NCBI GenBank assembly: GCA_030390025.1
Contig: CM059432.1
Span: 108,564,001 to 108,628,000 of the forward strand
Reading direction: 5' to 3'
From: Squalus acanthias
Taxonomy: Eukaryota
Length of the DNA stretch: 64,000 nt
Shown here: positions 24,901 through 35,356 of the stretch, in pieces
Numbering within the stretch: the first letter of the stretch is position 1
Layout of the letters: every line of letters begins with the position of its first letter
Notes under the pieces: model-generated
What the model saw: the letters and a program-made list of their open reading frames with translations, nothing else
Told to the model about the DNA's origin: nothing
Databases searched by the model: none
Program-made: the position numbers and the translations under genes

Positions 24901-27900
24901 AGGTCGGTAATTGGAGGGGGGAGGTTGGTAATTGGAGGGGGGGAGGTCAGTAATTGGAGGGGGGAGGTCGGTAATTGGAGGGGGGGAGGTCAGTAATTGG
25001 AGGGGGGGGGTCGGTAATTGGAGGGGGGGAGGTCAGTAATTGGAGGGGGGAGGTCAGTAATTGGAGGGGGGGAGGTCGGTAATTGGAGGGGGGAGAGATC
25101 GGTAATTGGAGGGGGGGAGATCGGTAATTGGAGGGGGGGAGATCGGTAATTGGAGGGGGGAGGTCGGTAATTGGAGGGGGGAGATCAGTAATTGGAGGGG
25201 GAGATCGGTAATTGGAGGGGGGAGGTCGGTGATTGGAGGGTGGAGATCGGTAATTGGCGGGGGAGATCAGTAATTGGAGGGGGGAGATCAGTAATTGGAG
25301 GGGGGGAGGTCGGTAATTGGAGGGGGGAGTTCGGTAATTGGAGGGGGGAGATCAGTAATTGGAGGGGGAGATCGGTAATTGGAGGGGGGGGGAGGTCGGT
25401 AATTGGAGGGGGGAGGTCGGTAATTGGAGGGGGAGATCGGTAATTGGAGGGGGGGAGATCGGTAATTGGAGGGGGAGATCGGTAATTGGAGGGGGAGATC
25501 GGTAATTGGAGGGGGAGATCAGTAATTGGAGGGGGGGAGATCAGTAATTGGAGGGGGGAGATCAGTAATTGGAGGGGGGAGATCAGTAATTGGAGGGGGG
25601 AGATCAGTAATTGGAGGGGGGGAGGTCGGTAATTGGATGGGGGGAGGTCGGTAATTGGAGGGGGGGAGATCGGTAATTGGAGGGGGGGAGATCGGTAATT
25701 GGAGGGGGGGAGGTCGGTAATTGGAGGGGGGGAGGTCGGTAATTGGAGGGGGGAGATCAGTAATTGGAGGGGGGGAGGTCGGTAATTGGAGGGGGGGAGG
25801 TCGGTAATTGGAGGGGGGGAGATCGGTAATTGGAGGGGGGGAGATCGGTAATTGGAGGGGGGGAGATCGGTAATTGGAGGGGGGAGATCGGTAATTGGAG
25901 GGGGGGAGGTCGGTAATTGGAGGGGGGAGATCAGTAATTGGAGGGGGGGAGATCAGTAATTGGAGGGGGGAGATCGGTTTTTGGAGGGGGGGAGGTCGGT
26001 AATTGGAGGGGGGGAGGTCGGTAATTGGAGGGGGGGAGGTCGGTAATTGGAGGGGGGGAGATCGGTAATTGGAGGGGGGGAGATCGGTAATTGGAGGGGG
26101 GGGAGGTCGGTAATTGGAGGGGGGAGATCAGTAACTGGAGGGGGTAGATCAGTAATTGGGGGGGGATGTCGGTAATTGGAGGGGGGAGATCAGTAATTGG
26201 TAGAGAGAAAGCGGGGAATTACAGACTGGTAAGCCTGACATCGGTAGTGGGGAAAATGCTAGAGTCCATTATAAAGGATGTAATAGCTGAGCATTTGAAA
26301 AACAGTGACAGGATCGGACAAAGTCCACATGGATTTACAAAAGGTAAATCGTGCTTGACTAATCTACTGGAATTTTTTGAGGATGTAACTGGGAAAATAG
26401 ATAAGGGAGAACCAGTAGATGTGGTGTATTTGGACTTTCAAAAGGCTTTCGATAAGGTCCCGCATAAGAGATTAGCGGGTAAAGTTAAAGCACATGGGAT
26501 TGGGGGCAAGGTATTGACTTGGATAGAGAACTGGTTGGCGGACAGAAAGCAGAGAGTAGGAATTAATGGGTCTTTTTCCGAGTGGCAGGCAGTGACTAGT
26601 GGGGTACCGCAGGGATCGGTCTTTGGACCCCAGCTGTTCACAATATACATTAATGATCTAGATAAGGGAATTAAATGTAATATCTCCAAGTTTGCAGATG
26701 ACACAAAGCTGGGTGGGAGTGTGTGCAGCGAGGAGGATAGCGAGAAACTCCAGGATGATCTGGACAGGTTGGGTGAGTGGGCAGAAGCGTGGCAGATGCA
26801 ATATAACGTGGATAAGTGTGAGGTTATCCACTTTGGTGTCAAAAACAGAAAGGCAGACTATTATCTGAATGGCAATAGATTGGGAGAAGGGGAAGTGCAA
26901 CGAGACCTGGGTGTCCTTGTGCACCAGTCGCTGAAAGTAAGCATGCAGGTGCAGCAGGCGGTGAAGAAGGCAAATGGTATGTTGGCCTTCATAGCGAAAG
27001 GGTTTGAGTATAGGAACAGGGATGTCCTGCTGCAGTTGTACAGGGCCTTGGTGAGACCACACCTTGAGTACTGTGTGCAGTTTTGGTCGCCTTATCTGAG
27101 GAAGGATGTTCTTGCCATGGAAGGAGTTCAGCGAAGATTCACAAGGCTGATACCTGGGATGGCAGGAATGACATATGAGGAGAGATTGGGTCGATTGGAC
27201 TGGAGTATAGAAGAATGAGAGGGGATCTCATCGAAACATATAAAATTCTGACAGGTCTGGACAAACAAGATGCAGGAAGAATGTTCCTGATGGTCGGAGA
27301 GTCCAGAACCAGGGGTCATAATCTACGGATAACGGGTAAACCATTTAGGACAGAAATGAGGAAGAATTTCTTCACCCAGAGAGTGGTGAACCTGTGGAAT
27401 TCTCTACCACAGAAGGTAGTTGAGGCGAAGTCATTAAATATATTCAAGGATGAGTTAGATATATTTCTTAAAGCTAAAGGTATCAAGGGATATGGGGAGA
27501 AGGCAGGGACAGGGTACTGAGTTTGGATGATCAGCCATGATCTCATCGAATGGCGGAGCAGGCTCGAGGGGCTAAATGGCCTACTCCTGCTCCTATCTTC
27601 TATGTTTCTATGAGATCGGTAATTGGAGGGGGGAGATCAGTAATTGGAGGGGGGGGACATCAGTAATTGGAGGGGGGAGATCAGTAATTGGAGGGGGGAG
27701 ATCGGTAATTGGAGGGGGAGATCAGTAATTGGAGGGGGGGAGGTCGGTAATTGGAGGGGGGAGATCAGTAATTGGAGGGGGGAGATCGGTAATTGGAGGG
27801 GGGGAGGTCGGTAATTGGAGGGGGGGGAGGTCGGTATTTGGAGGGGGGGAGGTCGGTATTTGGAGGGGGGGAGATCGGTAACTGGAGGGGGGAGGTCGGT

Positions 27901-28967
27901 AATTGGAGAGGGGAGGTCGGTAATTGGAGGGGGGAGATCGGTAATTAGAGGGGGGAGATCGGTATTTGGAGGGGGGGAGATCGGTATTTGGAGGGGGGGA
28001 GGTCGGTATTTGGAGGGGGGGAGATCGGTAATTGAAGGGGGGAGATCGGTAATTGGAGGGGGGGAGGTCGGTAATTGGAGGGGGGAGATCAGTAATTGGA
28101 GGGGGGAGGTCGGTAATTGGAGGGGGGAGATCAGTAATTGGAGGGGGGAGATCGGTAATTGGAGGGGGGGAGGTCGGTAATTGGAGGGGGGAGATCAGTA
28201 ATTGGAGGGGGGAGATCAGTAATTGGAGGGGGGAGGTCGGTAATTGGAGGGGGGAGATCAGTAATTGGAGGGGGGAGATCGGTAATTGGAGGGGGGGAGG
28301 TCGGTAATTGGAGGGGGGAGATCAGTAATTGGAGGGGGGAGATCAGTAATTGGAGGGGGGAGATCGGTAATTGGAGGGGGGGAGATCAGTAATTGGAGGG
28401 GGGAGATCAGTAATTGGAGGGGGGGAGGTCGGTAATTGGAGGGGGGGAGATCGGTAATTGGAGGGGGGAGGTCGGTAATTGGAGGGGGGAGGTCGGTAAT
28501 TAGAGGGGGGAGATCGGTATTTGGAGGGGGGGAGATCGGTATTTGGAGGGGGGGAGGTCGGTATTTGGAGGGGGGGAGGTCGGTAATTGGAGGGGGGGAG
28601 GTCGGTAATTGGAGGGGGGGAGGTCGGTAATTGGAGGGGGGGAGGTCGGTATTTGGAGGGGGGGAGATCGATAACTGAAGTGGGGGGAGGTCGGTAATTG
28701 GAGGGGGGGAGGTCGGTATTTGGAGGGGGGGAGGTCGGTATTTGGAGGGGGGGAGGTCGGTAATTGGAGGGGGGGAGGTCGGTAATTGGAGGGGGGTAGG
28801 TCGGTATTTGGAGGGGGGGAGATCGATAATTGAAGTGGGGGGAGGTCGGTAATTGGAGGGGGGGAGATCGGTAATTGGAGGGGGGGAGATCGGTAATTGG
28901 AGGGGGGGAGATCGGTAATTGGAGGGGGGGAGATCAGTAATTGGAGGGGGGGAGATCGGTAATTGGA
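21984..28967. repeat. G-rich tandem array B, unit about 21-24 bp (AGATCGGTAATTGGAG(G)n), interrupted by CR1
   Basis: Hundreds of copies differing in G-run length and in AGATC/AGGTC and CGG/CAG variants. Confidence 0.97.
26201..27612 (+). mobile_element. 5'-truncated CR1 LINE inserted in array B
   Basis: Open RT (NYRLVSLTS, GVPQGS, KFADDTK); a small deletion and frameshift near 27200; TATGTTTCTATG tail. Confidence 0.95.
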
Positions 28968-30061
28968 GTTGAGGGAGTCTGAATGCTTCCTTGAGGATTC
29001 GGGGGGAGCAGTGCTGCTCCTCCTGGCCAACAGGGAGTGCTGAAACAGCCACTTATCTTGGAGAGCTGGCAGATCCCCTCCGTGTAGCAGCAGTTAACTT
29101 CAAATCGGGCTCCTAATTGCACTTTAGGAGCCCGATTTAAATGTATTAATAAAAGTTCTGCCTCTCCACAGCGGGACACTCGGATGCCCAGATATCTGCT
29201 GCTGTAAAAATGGCAATGTGCGCGGCATGTTGGGGTCAGGTACCACGCATTTCTTAACCCCTCCGACCCTCTCCCGCCCGTCGTGGGGGCGGGTTAATAT
29301 GAAGGCCAATGTTTCCGTCACTTGCTGGCTTTTTTATTCAAACACCTTCAGCATGCATTTCAGTTGCTTATTGCTGTCCTTGATTATTCTAGTGAATCTC
29401 AGGCTTAAGTAGACTGCCTTCCTGCTTGTCTTCTACCATTACATTACAGTGCACATAATACTCCCTGAGAGCAACTCTTATTGAAGGTCAAGGGAGCTGA
29501 CCTTCCCTTGGAATTTTATTGACCCTACCGTACATTTAAAATGGTTTCTTAAGATACAGCAATGTATAGAAAAGCTATGGATTCTGGTGACCAAGGCAGA
29601 GGTCATATGTCTTTAAGGATTTACATAGTTTGCAGTGGGAATGCATAGATGGGCAATAAATTCCAGAGATATGACATTTCCAGTGCCTTGTGATTGTTTT
29701 GGTTCTTGGCAATCGTTTCGGTCGATACACTTGCGATGCTTCACTTGTTGTCTGGGTAGCAGAGACTTGTGGAGCAAGAAAATGGGCAGTGAGATTTAAG
29801 CTGTGCTTGGCTTTCAATCTCCAGATTCTGCCATTTTCTTAGCAGTGTGCCAAAGTATTGAACCTTAGCTGAAGTAAGCTCGGATCTCATTTCTTTATAG
29901 TCATCACCAATTGCTCTTCAGTTGATTCCGAGATATCCCTAGATCTGGGACTTGAACTCCCAGGCATCTGGTTGAGAAGTAAGAATACTACTGCTTCCCT
30001 TGATGAAATTTTCTTCAGGACGGTGTATAATTATGTTGGATAATTACTTTATTATACACTA

Positions 30062-30977
30062 AGGCCTAGAAATTCAATTATGCCCCAAAACGCCCACAAA
30101 ATCAGTGCAGGCAGCACCAGTATTTTGGTGCTGCCTGCTGATTTAAATGAGCGCAGCGCAGAAGCTCCCGTGCAACGCACTCTTTCCGGCGGTAACATCA
30201 GCAGGAGCCTGAAGGTCGAGTCTAAAGGATCAGTGCGGTGTTCTCAGGCAGTCATCTTATTAACAGTTACACCCCTGCCCACATCCCCCCATCCCCCGCC
30301 TCCTCTCAACTCCCCAGAAAATACAAATTGCTATTTCCTGTCTTTAAGAGATATGGGACTAGTTGAGAAGTTAAGATTTTCAATTATAACAAAGATAACC
30401 TCTATAAATCTTAATATTTCTTTGTTTAGTGGCTTCATCAGCATTTTCTTGATGTAAACTGGATTTTGATGAAAAGATCAAAAAAATTAATTAAAAGAAG
30501 CAACAAATTTAAAAAAGCCAGCTCGATCTGGATCATATTAAAGAATTTTTGCAATAAACTGAAAGACAATTAAAGTCAGTTATTTGGGTGTAACTTATTT
30601 AAAAGTAGCACGGTAAATGTGAATTGTACAGAATGTTTTCTATACTATAAGTAAGTTTAAGCTCACCGCCGCTTTCTCCCAGCTGTACGCGCTGTCAATG
30701 GCTGCACACAAGGGCGTGCTTTGGAGAGGATGGTAAGAGGAGCGGCGACGTCCAGAATCGCTGAGCGTGTGTCAATTCGGCATTGCACGCCGATTGATGT
30801 CACACTCCTGGTAATTAAAATACTTGCGGCGAGCGCAGGCAACGGCAGCGCTGCCGACCTGCCCAATATGGCGGCCACCGCGTTCCGCGCCAGAACTGGA
30901 CAAAAGTGAGGCAGCCGCCATTTTTTCTTCAGAACCGGCCTTACTGGCCGGCGCTAAAGATTCCAATTTCTAGGCCT
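30062..30977. mobile_element. M1: Harbinger/Tourist-type MITE
   Basis: Perfect 13-bp TIR AGGCCTAGAAATT (30062-74/30965-77); flanks CTA/ATA; GC-rich ends with an AT-rich centre. Confidence 0.82.
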
Positions 30978-31346
30978 ATATAATAACACTGCACCTGTGC
31001 TTAAGCAGTGTGTATCTCTGCCTCGAGTCGTCGTTAGCTTGTTCACAGATGTGATTCCCAGTAAAAAAGTAAAAATTTTCCCAGTAAAAAAGTAAAATTT
31101 TTTAAAGCTTTTCGTTTTACATACAGACGGCAGCTTTTGACACGTTAGAACCCCTGCGACTACATCTCATTGTCTCAGTTGTATCTTGCTATGTCTTTGA
31201 TGTGGTACCTTCCTGGCTGACTTAATTAACTTTATCACACCTCGGCAGATAGTCAGGATGATTTAATTTAGTGGTCTGCAATTGTAAAGTACACATGCTT
31301 TGTTTTCTATCTATATATGCTTTGGCGATTCTGTATCTAATTTACT

Positions 31347-31388
31347 TCACCTGAGGAAGGAGCAATCGATAGCTCCGAAAGCTTGTGA
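31347..31388 (+). ncRNA. Minimal type I hammerhead ribozyme motif (second, unrelated family)
   Basis: UCAC-CUGAGGA-A-GGAGC(AAUCGAUA)GCUCC-GAAA-GC-UU-GUGA, followed by AATAAA at about 31394. Confidence 0.78.
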
Positions 31389-33022
31389 TTTCAAATAAAA
31401 CTGTTGGACTATAACCTGGTGTTGTGCGACCTCTCAATTATATTAAGAAGACCAGTTGATGAGTGTGCACATCTAGGACTGAGTTAGGAGAGCATCCGAT
31501 CAGATATGTAACATTGCACCCTACATTATTCTTTCTCCAATGCCTGCCTTCCATGGCTTGACAATTCCAAGATCACCTCCCAACTGTGTTCTGTCGTGGA
31601 GTAGCTGGAATAGGTTAGTAAATTCTTCAAACCTGTGAGGATGTAATCATATCTGCCTCAACAGTAAGTATCTGTTCAAAATGAAGGATTTTACCCTGTA
31701 GTATGTAGTAAATGCAGCGAACTGTTCAAAAAAGAAACACATTGCAAATCTGAAATAAAAGTAGAAATCTGTGGAAATATATAGCAGGCCTTCCAACATC
31801 TCAGAAGTAAATCTGTTACTGCTTCTGATGAAGAAAAATTATAACCTATCTTTTCCCTTTTTAGAATCAGACAGACCTACAATATTTTTCCTTTTATTTC
31901 CAATACAATCAAGAATTACCTCTCACATTGCTACATATATCTATATTTTATTAAATACATGTCTGTGCACACTTCCTGTCTACAAAACCTTAGTTCCTGT
32001 TATAGAGTCATAGGGCAGAATTTTCATTGACCCGTGGAGGCAGGTTTGGAGGCGTGTGGGGGGTTAAAATTGCGAAAACTGGCGGGCGGGCTCAAGCCCG
32101 CCTCCATCCCGCCTCCACGCAATTTTCATTAAATCGTGTCTGCTGGTCCCGACTCCGTCCCGCCTCCAAGAGGCGGGATAGGCCGTTAAGACCCTTAACA
32201 AGCACTAAATTGCCTCCAGAATGCCATTTTGAAAGGCCTTTGTGATTTTAACCCTTTTTCCACGTGTAGCACGCCTGTTCTGAACCACAAATGTGAAACC
32301 TGGTGGTAGCACATTTGGATTGCTGACTATCAGCTGCAGCTCAACCATGAAATAGGAGATGTGATCAGCCATCATTTTCAGTTGGCAGGACTTTGTTGTC
32401 TGAGGTCTGGAGGAACTTTTATATGGCATAACCACAGCTGTAGAAGTTTGGAGCCTGACACCCATCTCCAGTGTGACCTCCTGGGAAACCCCTCTCGCCA
32501 CCTTGACTGAGCGCTTCCTCAACTGAGGCATATACCAGAAGCATGGGAACCATTTATTTCCTTTCCTCCTGGACATCAGATTCGAATGAGGACCAGCCGT
32601 GGCAGCAGCAGAACCATGAGCAACAGCACCACCAGCAGCAGCAGCATCAACAGGAGTGCCAAGCTGCTCCTCACCCACCTGAAGCTGCACAGGCGAGAAG
32701 GCGCCAGCGTGCGACCACATTGCTGCCCGAGATGCAAGGGACGCACTTGACCAGATTTGCTTAGCCTGCACAATCAAACACTTTTGCCTCACACCTTCTT
32801 ATCAGACCATCGACAATGGCCAGGAACCTGCGGATTCCTATCACTCTGACCACCATACTGACAATTGCCAGTCATTCTAAGCCCTCAATGTAGAAGTCCC
32901 ATTTGCGAAATGACAGACGCCACAACTTCAGCAGTTTGCCATCAGAATTTTTAATCACACCAAGCAAGTGCTGGCATTTCAAGATTAAACACAACATTAC
33001 ACCCAAGTGACTACCCTTGTGA

Positions 33023-35076
33023 CTACTTGTGCATTATTTTTCTTTTACGCGTGCTCCTACGTGGTGCTTCCCCTGTGGCTTCAGCAGATGTGGAGGCCCC
33101 TTGCTCACTTTCTTGCTGCTCCTGCCTCGACACCTTTGGCTGGCATCCTCTGGGGTTGCGAGCCTGTGAGGGCTCGGCAACAGTCTGCTGCTCCTGCGGC
33201 TGTGCAGGGGTTGAGACGCTCATCTCAGTTGAGTGAGGACTCAGGTGGGGCTCTGACCGAGGGCTTTGCAGTGGCTTGGTCGTGTGAGCGCTTGGAGAGG
33301 AGCCCCCACTTCCTTGTTGTCTGCCACCAACATCGCTCTCATGGGTCAGCACCAACTCAGCGCTTGCAAGTGGATTGAGAGCACCTTGCTGCACATCAGG
33401 GGGGCCATGGGGACCCGTATCTGCACTGGAAGTCCTACTCAGAAGGACTTCCATGAAGGTCTGGTTTCTGTGTTCAATAGATGACCATCACTCCTCAAGA
33501 GATGCCAGTCTATTCTGAACAATGACCATGTTTTCTACACTCTGGCGACTTATCTCCTCCATAGCCGTAGCCATCCTCTCCTCTACTGTAGCCATCCTTT
33601 CCACGGAGGTTGCCATCCTTTCCGTGGTGATGCGTTCATGCGCCAATGACTTCACAAAGGCTCTGCTCATGTTCGCTATGGACTCCTCCATTCGCTCCAC
33701 ACTCACAGCGACCCTGGAGACAAAACCTGCCAGAGACTCCTGCATCTGTTCCTGGAGTTCCAGCACCGCTGATCTTATGGATGGACCCAGAGGCAGAGGG
33801 TCAACATGCAGCTGAGCCGAGCTAGGAGAGTCCTGCGCACTCCGACGAGGACTCTCCACTGCTCTCCCTGTCTCCACTATCTGCTGATGCTCACTTGTGA
33901 GCTGTGATACACCAGGTGACAACACTACTCTATCTCGCGATGTTCCCTCCGAGGTGTGAGTGTCTGCGCTGGTGCTGGGTGCGCTGAATTCTGCTGACGC
34001 GGCGCCCTCAGAGGTTGCAGCTTCCTCTGAGGAGTGGTGAGGCTCATGCTCTTCCTCCTGGACGGTGGGGACGGCTGCTCGTGATGGTCCTGGGCGGCAG
34101 TAAAGGAAAGAGTCAGAGATGTGAGTCCAAGGTTACATGCACATTGCATATTGCAGATGATCATAAGTCTGTCTGCTGGAGCATCAGAATCATTATCAGT
34201 GACTCATGCAATGTTAATGAGAGAGATGATAAACTATTCTGTCACCAGCTTGCTCTGATACACCCGTCTGTCCGTCCCCCACTTGCGCATCGTCCTCCAC
34301 TCCCATGATCTCCAGGACCGCATCCTCCCAGGTGGTGAGCTGGGCTACTGAGGGTGGCCCTCCTCCTGTCATGGAAACATAGAAACATAGAAGATAGGAG
34401 CAGGAGTAGGCCATTCGGCCCCTCGAGCCTGCTCCGCCATTCGATGAGATCATCCTGTCCTCGCTCTTTCCTTCTTATTGTGAGCTCTCTTTTCCTGCAA
34501 TGAGGGAGACAAGTGGAGTTTGAGTGAGAATGAAGGAGTGAGTGCAGAGAATCCATATCATTGATGGTTAGAAGGAGACAAATTCGGAGTGAGGTGGCAA
34601 GACCATGGGCCCTCCCTGTGTGTTGTAAGTTGTTTTCATAGCATCACAGCGATAGGGAGTGTGAGGGCTGCATAGTCAAATAGTTAGGTGAATGTGACCA
34701 TACAGAGAGAGGGAATGGGTAAGGGTGCAGGGATGTCAGTGTCAAGTGGGATGTGGAGGAAGAGGTTGTCAAAGCTGAGTGCTGGTGAGGAGAGGCAATG
34801 GGGATCAGAATGAGGGTAATGGGAAATTCATACTCACTTTTCCAGTGCGCAGCATGTCATGAAACCTCTTCCTGCACTGAAGCCAGGTTCTGCGGGTTAT
34901 GCACAATGAGTTGACCTCCTCTGCCACCTGGATCCACACAGCCTTGGTTTGATGGGAAGGCTTCTTCCTCCTTGAAGAAGGGAAGAGCACCTCCTTATTA
35001 GCTCTGGCTCCCTCAATTAAAGCTTGCAGGGCGACGTCATCAAATGGAGATGCAGACCTAGGTCTCTGGCTGGCTA
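33023..35076 (-). pseudogene. Myb/SANT plus coiled-coil gene of H3 (start codon mutated, stops, CR1 insert in exon 2)
   Basis: SPFDDVALQALIEG..WIQVAEEV..RTWLQCRKRFHDMLRTGK|GTGAGT; RMATSVE heptads; ends RRSTRKRKIMHK. Confidence 0.85.
34371..34452 (-). mobile_element. 82-bp CR1 3' end inserted in H3 Myb exon 2
   Basis: aaacatagaaacatagaagataggagcaggagtaggccatt; 7-bp TSD TCCTGTC (34364-70/34453-59). Confidence 0.85.
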
Positions 35077-35356
35077 TTCTTCCTGCAGGTGCCTCTAATA
35101 TGCAAAGGCAGAAGCTTGGCAGTCTGCAGAGGAAGCAAGGCTTGTTGCAGACCTTAAATGCTGCAGCATTGATGACGTCATCGGAAGCGACTTTCAGACT
35201 GGAAAAACTCACTGGCCATGGGTTCCCACACGTTGGAACTCAATTGGCCAATTATGTTAAAATCGCATCAATCTCCCACATCAATTTAGAATCGGGTGGC
35301 TAACACAAAATGCGGATTACACGACCCCAGCCCGCCCCTGAATCAAAATCCAGCCC

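Larger units (their letters stand above)
32013..35356 (+). mobile_element. H3: Harbinger with transposase core deleted and three-exon Myb gene retained
   Basis: TIRs GGGCAGAATTTT/GGGCTGGATTTT; flanks ATA/GTA inside a CR1 tail; N/C fusion ORF 32543-32764; Myb exons on minus between about 35076 and 33023. Confidence 0.9.

Noticed and set aside
20570..28967. CRISPR-like or telomeric array
   Set aside because: There are no unique spacers, no cas genes and no TTAGGG units, and the context is eukaryotic.
20226..29052. Long ORFs (up to 493 aa) with SPRSRLST / GGRSVIG repeats
   Set aside because: They are translations of tandem arrays, open in several frames on both strands, with no domain signal.
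31744..31900. Further hammerhead (CTGATGA at about 31824) in a decayed Penelope-end-like sequence
   Set aside because: Stem II and the GAAAC segment cannot be formed.
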